From positions 2,622-66,621 of the forward strand of contig JABHSK010000008.1 of NCBI GenBank assembly GCA_018669975.1: a stretch of 64,000 bases of DNA. Reading direction: 5' to 3'. This document shows, piece after piece, positions 9,264-20,796 of this stretch. Source of the stretch: Candidatus Parcubacteria bacterium (GTDB lineage Bacteria > Patescibacteriota > Patescibacteriia > UBA1558 > GWA2-36-10). The translations under genes and the position numbers were made by a program. A model generated the notes under the pieces. That model was not told the origin of the DNA, did no database searches, and saw only the letters and a program-made list of their open reading frames with translations. How positions within the stretch are numbered: the stretch's first letter is position 1; each line of letters begins with the position of its first letter.

Positions 9264-10220
9264 TTAATTTATACCGACTATTTTATTGATTTTAGTTAAA
9301 TTTTTGTCAGCTATTTTTTGAGCATCCCTAGCTCCATGTTCTAAAATTTCATAAACTTTTTTAGGATTTTTTTCATACTCTTTTATTTTGCCTTGAACTG
9401 GTTCTAAGAATTTAATGACCACCCTACTAAGCTCTTCTTTTAATTCAGAATTCATTAGTTTGCCAGCTTTATAATCATTGACCATTTGCTGATGTTTTTT
9501 AGTGGTACCAAAATAGGAATATAGTTCTAGGAGGTTTTTTATGCCCTTGTCGTCAGCTACGGCTTTTTTTATTTTCTTTTTAATAGTCTCTGCATCATCG
9601 CGGATAGCAATGTAACTTCTGTCTCCCAGAGATTTACTCATTTTTTTACTAGGATCATGTAATGACATTACCCTGGGAGTAGGAGATAAAACAGGTTTAG
9701 TTTCTGGAAAAAATTGACCGTATTTATTATTAAATTTTCTAGCTATAATACGAGTTAATTCCAAATGTTGTAATTGATCTTCACCCACTGGTACAGCTTC
9801 GGCTAAATAGAGCAGTATGTCAGCTGCCTGCAGAACGGGATACATTAATAAGCCTGTGTTGGTGCCCTGGTGGTTGGCTTGATCAGATTTTTCTTTAAAT
9901 TGAGTCATTCGACCTAGCTCTCCAATTGGTGTAATACAATTAAATATCCAGGCCAACTCAGTGTGTCCGATTACCTTGGATTGTTGGAAAATTATTGATT
10001 TTTTAGGGTCAATGCCAACTGCTAGTAAATCTACTGTTGCATCAAAAATATTTTGATGTAATTCTTCTGGTTTCATGTTTCCACTTAAAGCGTGGTAATC
10101 GACCACAGAAAAAATACACGCATATTTATCTTGCAAGTCTACCCAATTTTTGACAGCTCCAAGATAATTACCTATGTGTATGTTGCCAGTTGGTTGTATG
10201 CCTGAGAATAAAGTTTTCAT
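9264..10220 (-). CDS. trpS: Tryptophanyl-tRNA synthetase
   Basis: SGIQPTG..HIGN, YPVLQAADIL, VPVGEDQ, KMSKS. Confidence 0.97.
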   Translation of the reverse strand: MKTLFSGIQPTGNIHIGNYLGAVKNWVDLQDKYACIFSVVDYHALSGNMKPEELHQNIFDATVDLLAVGIDPKKSIIFQQSKVIGHTELAWIFNCITPIGELGRMTQFKEKSDQANHQGTNTGLLMYPVLQAADILLYLAEAVPVGEDQLQHLELTRIIARKFNNKYGQFFPETKPVLSPTPRVMSLHDPSKKMSKSLGDRSYIAIRDDAETIKKKIKKAVADDKGIKNLLELYSYFGTTKKHQQMVNDYKAGKLMNSELKEELSRVVIKFLEPVQGKIKEYEKNPKKVYEILEHGARDAQKIADKNLTKINKIVGIN

Positions 10221-10546
10221 TATTTTAGTTTAAATTTTATTATTTTTACTTTTGTATCTTCATTTATTTTTTTACCTACATAATGTTTGGAAAAAGATTG
10301 ATACATCTTTTCATCACTGGAATATTTTTCATGACCATCTCGATCATCTTCTGTTAATTCAGCAAAGGTTTTTTCTTTGACCTCGGTGATTATAGCCTGA
10401 GCAAATTCAGTTTTAGTATATGAATCAAGAAAAGATATTTCATCATCGACTGATAGATTTTTGTCATCCCAAAGACGCCAGGTGGTAGTTTTACTACCCT
10501 CTAATATAAGCTCAACTAAACTAGGATGAAATTTCAGTGTTTTCAT
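10220..10546 (-). CDS. ASCH-domain RNA-binding protein
   Basis: ILEGSKTTTWR (GxKxxxxR) ASCH motif. Confidence 0.8.
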   Translation of the reverse strand: MKTLKFHPSLVELILEGSKTTTWRLWDDKNLSVDDEISFLDSYTKTEFAQAIITEVKEKTFAELTEDDRDGHEKYSSDEKMYQSFSKHYVGKKINEDTKVKIIKFKLK

Positions 10547-10593
10547 AGTATGTTAATTTTATCTGAATAAACCTTGGTGGTCAACCAAGTAAT

Positions 10594-10626
10594 AAAAAAC
10601 CGCCCTAAGTGTAGTCGAGTGGGCGG
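10594..10626 (-). terminator. Intrinsic terminator (related to the one at 49050)
   Basis: CCGCCC-15 nt-GGGCGG followed by a T-tract on the minus strand. Confidence 0.7.
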
Positions 10627-10637
10627 CTTGAGTCTGT

Positions 10638-11069
10638 TTAGACTCTATAGTGTCCGGGGAGGTATTTTTTGACATGCTTGGCAGTTCTTTTGCCATGATC
10701 TTTGATTATTTGTAGTGAGTCGTGCATCCTACGGTCATTTTCAAATAAATAGGCAAAGTCATCTTTGAGGCCTTTGACTTTCTTGCCGAAGATATATTTT
10801 CTGCAGATCAGCTTGCCAAGCAAGTTTACGGGAATACAACCAAGTAGCATTAGAAAGAAGATGGTCCAGGTCATATTGGTGTTAATATGTAGGCTTGCAA
10901 ACATCATGGCAAAAACATAGAACATTGTGAGAAAGGCACTGCTCATGCCAATGTTGGATTCCATGCCGACTGCTTGGTTCATTTTTTGTAGTAATTGGAC
11001 AGTGCGGTCTTGGTCTTCTTTGGATAATCCTTGTCGGTAGATTTGTAGCTCGATGTGGTCAGTGTACAT
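10638..11069 (-). CDS. Hypothetical 2-TM membrane protein
   Basis: Likely start ATG 11069 (MYTDHIE) after AAGGAGAGGT; upstream TTGACA-17-CAATAT at 11160-11132. Confidence 0.7.
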   Translation of the reverse strand: MYTDHIELQIYRQGLSKEDQDRTVQLLQKMNQAVGMESNIGMSSAFLTMFYVFAMMFASLHINTNMTWTIFFLMLLGCIPVNLLGKLICRKYIFGKKVKGLKDDFAYLFENDRRMHDSLQIIKDHGKRTAKHVKKYLPGHYRV

Positions 11070-11160
11070 TATTACCTCTCCTTTATTGAGATGCAACTTT
11101 GCATCATGTTTTATGGAACGTGAATATGACCATATTGCCATAGACAATATTTTTTGTCAA

Positions 11161-11189
11161 AAAAAACAACCCCACTTTGGGGTTGTTTT
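11161..11189 (-). terminator. Intrinsic terminator of rnj
   Basis: AAAACAACCCC-ACTTT-GGGGTTGTTTT. Confidence 0.85.
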
Positions 11190-11196
11190 GATTTGA

Positions 11197-13119
11197 TTAA
11201 ACTTCTATTACAACGGGTAATATCATCGGTCGTCTTTGTGTTTTTTGGAATATAAATTGTCCCAAGTCATTACGGATTGAGTCTTTGATATATGCTTCGT
11301 TGGCCTGACCAGTAGTTTTGTGATGCTCGTTGACCACATTTTTAACTTTGGTGCGGATAGCCTCAACTATGCCCTTGTTTTCTCTCATGTATATAAATCC
11401 ACGTGAGATTATATCCGGTGAGTGTACAAGACGGCCAGTTTTACCAGAGATAGTTGTTATAACAACTACCATACCGTCTTCAGACATCATTTGTCGATCA
11501 CGTAATACGATGTGTGAGACATCGCCAACACCAAGGCCGTCTACAAAGACGTAGTCAGAATTGGCTTTTTGTTTAGTTAATTTACCAAATCCTTTTTTAT
11601 CGAATTCCATGATTTGGCCGTTATCAGGAATAAAGATTCTGTTTTCAGGAATACCTGCTCGTTGAGCTACTTTACCATGTAATTTTAAGAATGAATGGTT
11701 ACCATAGACAGGTATATGGTATCTCGGGTTAACCATCTTAGCCATTTCTAGTAAATCGTCTTGTTTAGCATGACCACCAGCATGAATGTCCATCATTTTG
11801 TAATGAACTACATCTGCTCCTTCACGATAAAGGGAGTCCTTGAGTCTTTGTACAGATCTTTCATTACCTGGAATAACGGATGATGAGAATACGACTGTAT
11901 CTCCTTTTTCAATACGAATTGATCTGTGCTCCCTGTTAGCAATACGCATCAGTACAGCTCGTCCTTCTCCTTGGGCACCAGTACAGAGGATGATGATTTT
12001 ATTGTCAGGATAGTTTTTCATATCCTTAGTTGGGATGATAGTGTCTTTTTTGACTTTCATATATCCCAGTTGTTGGGCCAGTTCAACATTTCGTTTCATG
12101 CTGAAACCCTCAACCACAACTTTTTTATTGATTCTCTCGGCTGCCCAGATGATTTGTTGGATACGACCCAATAGTGAGGCAAAGGTACCCAATATAATTC
12201 TAGCTGGAGCTTGCTTTAATATTTCATCAATATTTGTTTGAATATCACCCTCAGTCAATTGTTTGCCTGGCTCAGGTGCGTTGGTACTATCAGCCATTAG
12301 CGCTAAGACATTTTGTTTTCCCAGAGCTTTAATTTTAGCTATTTCAGTTGGTGCATCACCAGATGATTTTGGGTCTAGTTTAAAATCACCCGTGTGTACG
12401 ACTTTACCAGCTGGACTTTCGATAATTACACCAACAGATCCAGGTATGTTATGGCTAACTCCAAAGAAGCTAACACTAAATTTACCCAATCTCAATTTTG
12501 CGTTAGTAGTAATTGATTTTAGTTTCAAGCTTGGTTTATTTTTAAAGTCTTCTTGTCTTTTGGCAATGATTCCTAAGGTCAGTGGTGTGCCGTAAATAGT
12601 TGGATTGCCAAGTTGAGGTGCTAAATGCGGTACGGCACCAATATGGTCATAATGTCCATGGGTAATGATGACACCGCGGATGTTTTTTTCTTTGCCCTTT
12701 AGGTAATCAATATTAGGTATAATATAGTCAATGCCAGGCATATCTTCCTCAGGCCATTGTAGACCCATATCAACAATAACAATATCATTGTCGTATTCAA
12801 AGACAGTCATATTACGACCAACTTCTTCACAGCCACCTAAAGGTATGATACGCAATTTTTCACCTATGGGTTTAGCAGGGGGTGTAGTTTTTTTACCACC
12901 CCTATTTGGATGAGTAAACCTTGTGTTAGTTTTTTTTGTTCGTTGAAAAGTTTTTTTGGCAGCAGGTTTTTTAGCGGTCGTTTTTGTTTTAACCACATTT
13001 GTTTTTTTAGCCTTGCCAAAGTGTTTAGTTTTTTTAGCCGTACCAGTAGTTTTCTTTTTCCTAGTAACAGCAGTATCTCCTGATAATAGTTTATCAGTTG
13101 AATCTTTCATTTCTTTCAT
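11197..13119 (-). CDS. rnj: Ribonuclease J with Lys/Thr-rich N-terminal extension
   Basis: PLGGCEEVGRNM, THGHYDHIG, HTGDFK, DSTNA, IHAGGHA, RRPMILPV. Confidence 0.95.
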   Translation of the reverse strand: MKEMKDSTDKLLSGDTAVTRKKKTTGTAKKTKHFGKAKKTNVVKTKTTAKKPAAKKTFQRTKKTNTRFTHPNRGGKKTTPPAKPIGEKLRIIPLGGCEEVGRNMTVFEYDNDIVIVDMGLQWPEEDMPGIDYIIPNIDYLKGKEKNIRGVIITHGHYDHIGAVPHLAPQLGNPTIYGTPLTLGIIAKRQEDFKNKPSLKLKSITTNAKLRLGKFSVSFFGVSHNIPGSVGVIIESPAGKVVHTGDFKLDPKSSGDAPTEIAKIKALGKQNVLALMADSTNAPEPGKQLTEGDIQTNIDEILKQAPARIILGTFASLLGRIQQIIWAAERINKKVVVEGFSMKRNVELAQQLGYMKVKKDTIIPTKDMKNYPDNKIIILCTGAQGEGRAVLMRIANREHRSIRIEKGDTVVFSSSVIPGNERSVQRLKDSLYREGADVVHYKMMDIHAGGHAKQDDLLEMAKMVNPRYHIPVYGNHSFLKLHGKVAQRAGIPENRIFIPDNGQIMEFDKKGFGKLTKQKANSDYVFVDGLGVGDVSHIVLRDRQMMSEDGMVVVITTISGKTGRLVHSPDIISRGFIYMRENKGIVEAIRTKVKNVVNEHHKTTGQANEAYIKDSIRNDLGQFIFQKTQRRPMILPVVIEV

Positions 13120-13168
13120 AATTTTAATTAGTTTTTAATTATTATTTTAGTAAAAATCTAGATGATTT

Positions 13169-15013
13169 TTACTGAGAGAACGTTCGTCTGGTTTTAACAA
13201 ACCAAGAATTAACGTTGTTAAAACGATCAGCTGGTAAATTTATAAACTGAAGGTCATCCAGTCCTTGTAATTTATCAGTGGTCGGGTAAATGTATGTAGG
13301 GTTATATAAAAATATAGCAAAATTTAACTCAAGTAATTTTTCTTGAAAATTTTTCAAGGGCTCTAATTTATTCTCGTCAATATTTGCAGCACGTACATCT
13401 TCTAAGTGTTTATCAATATCTTTATTGGCTAACAAGCTAAGGTTTAAACCGGGGTGTTGATTTTGGCTAGAATGCCAAAAAGGGTAGGGTCCAGAGTTTA
13501 TATTAACTACTTCGCCAAATACCAATACTTGATAATCACGTGGCTCTATCACATTTTTTTTTATTTTTTCTTTACTGACTATTTCCAAATCTATTTTAAT
13601 TCCAATTTCTTCCCAGGCTTCTTTAATAATGTTAACAATTTTAACATTTTCGGATTGATCTATAGTTGTTAATTTAATTGAAAGCTCTATTGGGTCTTCA
13701 TCTTCTTCTTCACTAGCTTTTGTTCTGAATGAACCTTCTTCAGGCATTTTCCAGCCTAGTTCATCTAGAGTTACAGCAGCTTGTTCAGGAGAATATTCAG
13801 GAGCTTTTAATTCTGAATCATATCCGAGAAGTCCAGGTAAAATTGGAGTATGAATAATTTGGCCATCACCATTTAATACTTCGGTGAGTACCCTTTCTTT
13901 GTTGATACTTACAGCTAAGGCCTGACGAAATTTTTTGTCAGATAAAAGTTCATTATTTTTTGGATTGAAAAATACAGCTGTAAATTGTGGGAATTGTAAG
14001 TTGTGCAAAGAAACCTTATTCGTATCTATTTGATCTTTAAATTCTTTTGGTAAGTATATTAAACCATCAATGTTTTTATTTTCTAGAGCTGATACGCCAG
14101 TAAAAAAGTCAGGATAAAACTTGAAATGCAATTCGCTGATAAAAGCCGGAGGTAAATGATATCCTTCGTAAGCCTCTAAGGTATAATTTTTTATATTACC
14201 ACTAGTATCTCTAATCAACGATGAGAAACTATAGGGGCCAGAGCCAATTGGTTTGGTATTAAGATCAGTTAGGGACGCACTAAAAGCGGGAACGCTGTAC
14301 CACAAATGTTCAGGGACAATGCCAGTTGTTAAGATAGATAAAAACGGGGAGAATGGTTTTTCTAAATTAAACTGTATTGTCTTATCATTGATGCGTTGGA
14401 TAGTTACTCCGCTAAAGCTATTTTTTAAAGGGCTGTTGTAGTCAGGATTTTTAATACTATCTATTGTAAAGATGATGTCGTCAACAGTTATGGGTTCGTC
14501 ATCGTGCCAACGTAAATTATCACGTAATTCAAAAGTATAGGTTGTTTGTTCAGCATCTATGGTGTAGCTAGAAGCTAGGTCAGGCACTAGATTTCCCTGT
14601 TCATTAAATTTCATTAACCCAGAGAAAATTAACTTGACCAAATCTCTATCCACATCAGATGAAGCCAGGATAGGATTGACTAGGTGGGGAGCGCCTATTA
14701 GGCCTTCAGTATAACTACCTCCAAAATCAGGAATAGCTATAGAGCTTTTTATATACAGACGCCAACCAAAAATTCCAATGGCTAACACAAGAACTATTAA
14801 AGCTGTGCTTAAATTAAATTTTTCCGCTCTATTTAGAAACTTTGGTAATTGTTTGACTTGGGACCAATTGGGTATCTTCTTGTTACTCAGTTGCAATATT
14901 AATTGTTGATTAACGTCGTTTTGTTCAGATGGATTAATTCGTCCCTTTATTTTTTTATAGAAGACAAAAATATACGTACTAGTACGACGAGAATTTTTTC
15001 TAACGAAAAACAA
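13169..15013 (-). CDS. ABC transporter peptide/nickel-binding protein (family 5, OppA-like)
   Basis: VPDLA..YTF.LR..RWHD....DDI.FT, PIGSGPY; N-terminal TM; start codon uncertain (TTG). Confidence 0.85.
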   Translation of the reverse strand: MFFVRKNSRRTSTYIFVFYKKIKGRINPSEQNDVNQQLILQLSNKKIPNWSQVKQLPKFLNRAEKFNLSTALIVLVLAIGIFGWRLYIKSSIAIPDFGGSYTEGLIGAPHLVNPILASSDVDRDLVKLIFSGLMKFNEQGNLVPDLASSYTIDAEQTTYTFELRDNLRWHDDEPITVDDIIFTIDSIKNPDYNSPLKNSFSGVTIQRINDKTIQFNLEKPFSPFLSILTTGIVPEHLWYSVPAFSASLTDLNTKPIGSGPYSFSSLIRDTSGNIKNYTLEAYEGYHLPPAFISELHFKFYPDFFTGVSALENKNIDGLIYLPKEFKDQIDTNKVSLHNLQFPQFTAVFFNPKNNELLSDKKFRQALAVSINKERVLTEVLNGDGQIIHTPILPGLLGYDSELKAPEYSPEQAAVTLDELGWKMPEEGSFRTKASEEEDEDPIELSIKLTTIDQSENVKIVNIIKEAWEEIGIKIDLEIVSKEKIKKNVIEPRDYQVLVFGEVVNINSGPYPFWHSSQNQHPGLNLSLLANKDIDKHLEDVRAANIDENKLEPLKNFQEKLLELNFAIFLYNPTYIYPTTDKLQGLDDLQFINLPADRFNNVNSWFVKTRRTFSQ

Positions 15014-15072
15014 AGTTTTCTTTATGATTGACGAGAAAGGTTTTATGAGCTTGTTTTAATTATTAACTATAA

Positions 15073-15291
15073 TTAGTCAACGAAAAGATTAGCCAAAGCA
15101 GTGGCTAAGAATAAAACACTTAAAAGTATAGTAATCCTAAAAATAAATTTTTCGGCTCCTCTCTTGGTGCGATAAACTGCGCTGTCTCCGCCGAAAGCAG
15201 AACCAAGTCCGGACCCTTTTTGTTGCATCAAAATAACGATAATCAAAAGAATCGAAATCACGATCTGAGCAATGTAAAGAATGTTTTTCAT
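15073..15291 (-). CDS. secG: Preprotein translocase subunit SecG
   Basis: Two TM helices with QQKGSGLGSAFGG..RGAEK; promoter TTGACA-17-TAGTAT at 15347-15319. Confidence 0.93.
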   Translation of the reverse strand: MKNILYIAQIVISILLIIVILMQQKGSGLGSAFGGDSAVYRTKRGAEKFIFRITILLSVLFLATALANLFVD

Positions 15292-15388
15292 TGTTTGAGC
15301 GAATAAATTAACTACCTTATACTAGCAAATACAGGGTATTTTGTCAAGTGAATAGAGTATTGGTTTTTTTGGTCTCAACCTTTAATTC

Positions 15389-15417
15389 TTGACGCAGCAG
15401 TAAATCCGTGATACTAT
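15389..15417 (+). promoter_or_regulatory. sigma70-type promoter of uvrA
   Basis: TTGACG-17-TACTAT with TG extension. Confidence 0.7.
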
Positions 15418-15460
15418 GGTCGAGATTAGTGTTTTTAAATTTATAAAATACAAATAAATT

Positions 15461-18313
15461 ATGCCAAAAGATATTATTATCAAGGGGGCAAAAGTACACA
15501 ATCTCAAAAATATAGATGTTAAAATTCCACGTGATAAATTTGTAGTGGTAACAGGCCTTTCTGGTTCAGGAAAGTCTTCTTTAGCATTTGATACTATTTA
15601 TGCCGAAGGACAGAGGCTCTATGTAGAGTCACTATCAGCCTATGCTAGGCGTTTTTTAGATATGATGGATAAGCCAGATGTAGAACGCATCGAGGGCTTG
15701 TCACCAGCTATATCTATTAGTCAAAACTCTTCTTCTCGTAATCCTCGTTCAACAGTAGGAACCATTACGGAAATTTATGATTACATGAGACTTTTGTTTG
15801 CTAAGGTTGGAACACCCTTTTGTCATAAATGTGGGCAAGCTCTAGTTAAGCAAGTATTGCAGCAAATTGCAGACCAAATTTGGGCCTTACCAGCTGAGAC
15901 AGCCTTTATGTTGCTCTGCCCAATTGTGCGTGAGAAAAAAGGTGAACATCGTAAAGCTTGGGAAAGAGTAAAGTTGGCTGGTTATAAAAAGGTTAGGGTC
16001 GATGGCGAGATAATAAATATTGATGAAGCTGAAAAACTAGACTTAGATAAATATAAACAACACACCATTGAAATAGTGATTGATCAGCTACGTAGAGATG
16101 GTAATAAAAAAACCAAATCACATTTGTCAGATGTTTTAAAAGTAGCCTTAGATTTGGGTAATGGTTTTGTGACTGTACATATTCCCAAAGAAGGTGAAGA
16201 TATGAATTTTAGCCAGCACTTTACCTGCCCCGATCATCGGGAGGTTAATTTTGCTAGCATTGAGGCTCGTGATTTTTCATTTAATAATCCCCATGGTGCC
16301 TGTCCAGCCTGTACAGGTCTAGGTACAAAGCTTTTAGTTGATCCAGAGTTGGTTATGCCAAATAAGAGACTGTCCATAGCAGAGGGTGCTATTAGGCCTT
16401 GGTCAAGAACCGCTGCTAATCAAGGTTGGTACAATGCTATTTTAGAAGCAGTAGCTAAAAAATATAAGTTTTCTACTAGAACTGCGGTTGGTAAGCTTAG
16501 CAAAAAACAAGTAGAAGTAATATTGAAGGGTACTGGTAGTACAGAATATAAATTAGACTGGAGTGGTGATAAATTTTCTGGTGACCACAGACGCACCTTT
16601 GAGGGTGTAATGCCGAACTTAGAAAGAAGATATAGAGAGACTGATTCAGATTATATTCGCAGTGAGATTGAAAGATACATGAGAATAGAGATTTGCGAAT
16701 CATGTCATGGAAAAAGGTTAAAACCAGAAATTTTAAGTATTAGAGTAAATAATAAAAATATTTCAGAAGTATCCTCTTTTAATATTACCGAACTGCAGAA
16801 GCTTTTTAACGGTTTGCCAAAGAAGATTAGTGAAACGCAGTTGATTATTGCTAGGCAGATTATCAAAGAGATAAAAGAACGTTTGAATTTTTTACATAAT
16901 GTTGGTTTAGACTATCTAACTTTAGATAGGTCAGCTACCACCTTATCAGGCGGTGAAGCACAACGTATTCGTTTAGCCACACAGATTGGGTCCTCATTAA
17001 CTGGTGTTTTATATATTTTAGATGAGCCATCCATTGGACTGCATCAACGTGATAATAAGAGGTTGATAGAGACTCTTAAAAAGTTACGTGATTTAGGCAA
17101 TACAGTTATTGTGGTAGAGCACGATGAAGAAACTATATTGTCCGCGGACCATGTAATTGATATTGGTCCAGGAGCAGGTAAGCATGGTGGAGAAGTTACA
17201 GCTCAAGGTACACCCAGTGTAGTTAAAAAGAATAAGAAGTCTTTGACTGGAAAATATTTATCAGGAGTAATGTCTATACCAGTGCCGAAGAAAAAACGTA
17301 AGGGTAATGGTAAAACATTGTCTATTTTGGGAGCCTCTGAATTTAATCTTAAAGATATTGATATAAATTTACCCCTAGGTAAATTTATTAGCATTACCGG
17401 AGTTTCAGGTTCAGGTAAGTCTACTTTAATGACCGGAATTTTATCTAAGGCGCTATCTAAACACTTTTATCGTTCTAAAGATAAGCCTGGTCAGCATAAA
17501 GAAATTAAAGGCTTGGATAATGTAGATAAGGTAATTAGTATAGATCAGTCACCTATTGGCCGTACTCCAAGGTCTAATCCAGCTACCTATACTGGAGTCT
17601 TTACTTATATCAGGGATTTATTTGCTGAATTACCAGAAGCAAAGTTACGTGGTTATAAAGCTGGTCGTTTTAGCTTTAATGTTAAAGGTGGCCGTTGTGA
17701 AAATTGTCAGGGTGATGGTGTCATCAAGATTGAAATGAATTTTTTACCCAATGTTTATGTTGAGTGTAAAGAGTGTCATGGCCGACGTTATAATAATGAT
17801 GCTTTGGAGATTCACTATAAGAGCAAGGACATATCGGAGATATTAAAAATGACAGCTGAAGAAGCAATGAATTTTTTCTCTGATATACCTAATATTTTTA
17901 ATAAACTTAAAACCTTAGTAGACGTTGGTCTGGGCTATATTAGGCTAGGTCAGCCAGCCACCACCTTGTCAGGCGGTGAAGCACAGAGAATTAAGCTGGC
18001 CACTGAGTTGTCACGTCGTTCATCAGGTAAAACTTTATATATTCTAGATGAGCCGACCACTGGTTTGCATTTTGATGATATAAAACGTTTATTGGAAGTT
18101 CTGCATCGATTGGTAGACAAGGGCAATACGGTTTTAGTGATAGAACACAATCTAGATGTTATTAAAAGTTCTGATTGGGTAATAGATTTAGGTCCAGAGG
18201 GTGGTGACAAAGGAGGTTATATAGTAGCCGAAGGTACGCCGCAGCAAGTTTCTAAGGTTAAGGAAAGCTATACAGGACAATATTTAGCAGAAATTTTTAA
18301 GAGAAAGAAATAA
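15461..18313 (+). CDS. uvrA: Excinuclease ABC subunit A
   Basis: Two ABC modules ([24 protein letters not shown]), zinc fingers, [10 protein letters not shown]. Confidence 0.98.
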   Translation: MPKDIIIKGAKVHNLKNIDVKIPRDKFVVVTGLSGSGKSSLAFDTIYAEGQRLYVESLSAYARRFLDMMDKPDVERIEGLSPAISISQNSSSRNPRSTVGTITEIYDYMRLLFAKVGTPFCHKCGQALVKQVLQQIADQIWALPAETAFMLLCPIVREKKGEHRKAWERVKLAGYKKVRVDGEIINIDEAEKLDLDKYKQHTIEIVIDQLRRDGNKKTKSHLSDVLKVALDLGNGFVTVHIPKEGEDMNFSQHFTCPDHREVNFASIEARDFSFNNPHGACPACTGLGTKLLVDPELVMPNKRLSIAEGAIRPWSRTAANQGWYNAILEAVAKKYKFSTRTAVGKLSKKQVEVILKGTGSTEYKLDWSGDKFSGDHRRTFEGVMPNLERRYRETDSDYIRSEIERYMRIEICESCHGKRLKPEILSIRVNNKNISEVSSFNITELQKLFNGLPKKISETQLIIARQIIKEIKERLNFLHNVGLDYLTLDRSATTLSGGEAQRIRLATQIGSSLTGVLYILDEPSIGLHQRDNKRLIETLKKLRDLGNTVIVVEHDEETILSADHVIDIGPGAGKHGGEVTAQGTPSVVKKNKKSLTGKYLSGVMSIPVPKKKRKGNGKTLSILGASEFNLKDIDINLPLGKFISITGVSGSGKSTLMTGILSKALSKHFYRSKDKPGQHKEIKGLDNVDKVISIDQSPIGRTPRSNPATYTGVFTYIRDLFAELPEAKLRGYKAGRFSFNVKGGRCENCQGDGVIKIEMNFLPNVYVECKECHGRRYNNDALEIHYKSKDISEILKMTAEEAMNFFSDIPNIFNKLKTLVDVGLGYIRLGQPATTLSGGEAQRIKLATELSRRSSGKTLYILDEPTTGLHFDDIKRLLEVLHRLVDKGNTVLVIEHNLDVIKSSDWVIDLGPEGGDKGGYIVAEGTPQQVSKVKESYTGQYLAEIFKRKK

Positions 18314-18407
18314 ACCTATTTATTATTTTAAGTCCCTCCGCCGTTTGGTGGGGGGATTTTATGTTGCTAAAAAGGGTTATATTTAGTAATATATTATTAT
18401 AGACATT

Positions 18408-19373
18408 ATGACAAATTTAGAAAAATCTATTTTAAAAACGCTGATATTTTTCGATATTTTTGATTATCCTTTGACCGCTACTGAAATTTGGAAATGGCTT
18501 TATCGGCCAGGTAAAAAATATAGCTTATCACAAGTCAGGCAGACTTTGTCTGATAGTCAGTTTTTGAATAAGAAAATAGATAGTGCAGAAGGTTTTTATG
18601 GTCTTCAGGGAAGGATACATATTTTTCTTCGCAGTAAACATAATAATAATTTAGCCGAGAGAAAGTTTGCTAAAGCAGTACGCCTAGCTAAGCTTTATCG
18701 TTTTATTCCTTTTGTGCGTATGATAGCTATAGTTAATTCTTTAGCCTATAGTAATGCCAAAGAAAATAGTGATATAGATTTTTTCATTATCACTAAACGA
18801 AATAAAATTTGGTTGGCGCGTTTCTTTTCGATATTTTTTGTTAGAATGTTTGGTCTGCGTCCAAGTACCGAGAGTAATCGAGATGCTTTTTGTATGAGTT
18901 TTTTTATTGAGGAGGATAGTCTGAACATCAAGAATATTATGCTGCATAGTAAAGATATATATATGCCCTATTGGGTGCAGCAAATGTTGCCAATCTATGA
19001 TCCAGATGGTTTACATCAAAAATTTTTGGAGGCCAATAGTTGGTTTAGAGATTATCTACCCAATGGTTATGCTAATCAATTCTCTAAAGAAGTTAAAGAA
19101 AATTTTTGGACACGCTTATTTGGAAACATTTTTGGCTTTGTGGTTTCACCGCCGATTATTAGTCGTTGGTTAAACAATGTCTATCGTCGAGTGCAAACAA
19201 ATATTATTGATAATAATTTAAAATCACTAGTCAACATAGACACTAGGGTAATCATCAATGAAAAGATGCTTAAGTTTCACGCTAATGACCGTCGAGAAAT
19301 TTTTTATAAAAAATGGCGTGAGAAAGTTTCTAAGATCATTAAACCCAACTCAGAACTTATAATAAATAGGTAA
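18408..19373 (+). CDS. Hypothetical protein with nucleotidyltransferase-like motif
   Basis: NSLAYSNAKENSDIDFFII resembles the (G)S..DxD motif of pol-beta-type NTases. Confidence 0.6.
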   Translation: MTNLEKSILKTLIFFDIFDYPLTATEIWKWLYRPGKKYSLSQVRQTLSDSQFLNKKIDSAEGFYGLQGRIHIFLRSKHNNNLAERKFAKAVRLAKLYRFIPFVRMIAIVNSLAYSNAKENSDIDFFIITKRNKIWLARFFSIFFVRMFGLRPSTESNRDAFCMSFFIEEDSLNIKNIMLHSKDIYMPYWVQQMLPIYDPDGLHQKFLEANSWFRDYLPNGYANQFSKEVKENFWTRLFGNIFGFVVSPPIISRWLNNVYRRVQTNIIDNNLKSLVNIDTRVIINEKMLKFHANDRREIFYKKWREKVSKIIKPNSELIINR

Positions 19374-19395
19374 ATTTATACAATAAAATAAAAAT

Positions 19396-20724
19396 ATGTT
19401 TTTCAAAAAAACAAACAAGGAGGCAATAAAGGCACATCAACGTTTATTCAAATTTTTTATAGCTTTATTTATTTTCCTTATACCCTGGCAGACCCGATTT
19501 ATCTTTTATGATTGGAGATTAGGAGATCAAGTATGGCAATATGGCCGCCTGAGTATCTATTTTAGTATGACATTTTTGTTGGTAGCGGGAGTATTTTTTA
19601 TATTAGCGCACAAAAAAGAACTTCGTTTTTCTAAAAATAAGTTTCTTTATTTAATTTTTGGATTTTCAATATTAGCAAGTTTTTTCGCTGCTCAACCATT
19701 GGTGTCATTTTATTATTTGGCAATGATATACATGGCGGTGTTGTTTGCCTACCTGGTAAAATTTTTACCAAAGCATTTTATTTTTAGGGCATTCTTGTTT
19801 AGTGGTTTAATACAGGGATTGATAGCGCTACAGCAATTTTTGGCCCAAAGAATTTTTGCCAATAAATGGCTTGGTATAGCTGAACATCTACCTGAAATTG
19901 CTGGCACTTCAGTAGTTGAGGTGGCTGGGCAGAGGATATTGAGATCCTATGGGGCTTTACCACATCCAAATATTTTGGGTGGTTTTATGTTTCTGGTTAT
20001 TTTTTTAGGAATATATCTTTGGATAAATTTTTATCAAAAATGTGCAAAAAATAATTGGAAGAGCTCTTTTCTACAAAAACACCTGCCAGAATTTATTTTT
20101 ATTTTATCTACTTTAGTAATCAGTACCTATGGTTTACTTACTTCATTCTCTCGTAGTGCTTTGCTAGCTTTATTTTTAGGATTACTGAGTGTGTTACTGA
20201 TCAATACACTTAGAAACAATTGGCTGGTAGTCAATGTGATTATTAAATATGCTGTAGTTTTCATGTTAATTTTTTGGTCATTCAATTTTTGGTCACCCGG
20301 CACTTGGTCTAATCGTTGGCATATGGAAGGTCGCTTAGAGGAGCAGGCAATTGAGGAGAGGATTAGTACCATGGAACAGTTGGGCTTTGACTCTTATAAA
20401 AATATGATGATTGGTCAGGGCTTGGGAATGAATACTTATTTAACTTTCCAAAAAGATTTAAATCGCCCTGTTTATAATATTCAACCGATTCATAATATAT
20501 TCATGCTGTCTTTAGCGGAATTGGGTATTATTGGAGTGTTACTTTTATTCAATATTATAGCGATGGTTTTTAAGGCGGCCAACAAGGTAGACATTATGTC
20601 GACCAGTCTAATACTGGGTCTAGCTGTCATTGGTATGTTTGATCATTATTTATGGACCTCTTGGGTTGGTGTGTTGATGCTCGCTTTTGCGTTCATAAAT
20701 TTATTTAAACAGCAGGAGAAGTAA
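19396..20724 (+). CDS. O-antigen ligase (Wzy_C) family membrane protein
   Basis: Multi-TM; RSYG..PHPN.LG, SFSRSA, G.G.., PIHNIF....ELGIIG, FDHY. Confidence 0.85.
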   Translation: MFFKKTNKEAIKAHQRLFKFFIALFIFLIPWQTRFIFYDWRLGDQVWQYGRLSIYFSMTFLLVAGVFFILAHKKELRFSKNKFLYLIFGFSILASFFAAQPLVSFYYLAMIYMAVLFAYLVKFLPKHFIFRAFLFSGLIQGLIALQQFLAQRIFANKWLGIAEHLPEIAGTSVVEVAGQRILRSYGALPHPNILGGFMFLVIFLGIYLWINFYQKCAKNNWKSSFLQKHLPEFIFILSTLVISTYGLLTSFSRSALLALFLGLLSVLLINTLRNNWLVVNVIIKYAVVFMLIFWSFNFWSPGTWSNRWHMEGRLEEQAIEERISTMEQLGFDSYKNMMIGQGLGMNTYLTFQKDLNRPVYNIQPIHNIFMLSLAELGIIGVLLLFNIIAMVFKAANKVDIMSTSLILGLAVIGMFDHYLWTSWVGVLMLAFAFINLFKQQEK

Positions 20725-20796
20725 ATTTTATTTTATATTTTTTTAAAGAAGAGATTGGTCATTGGCTAATCTCTTTTTGTATAATATAATATCTAC

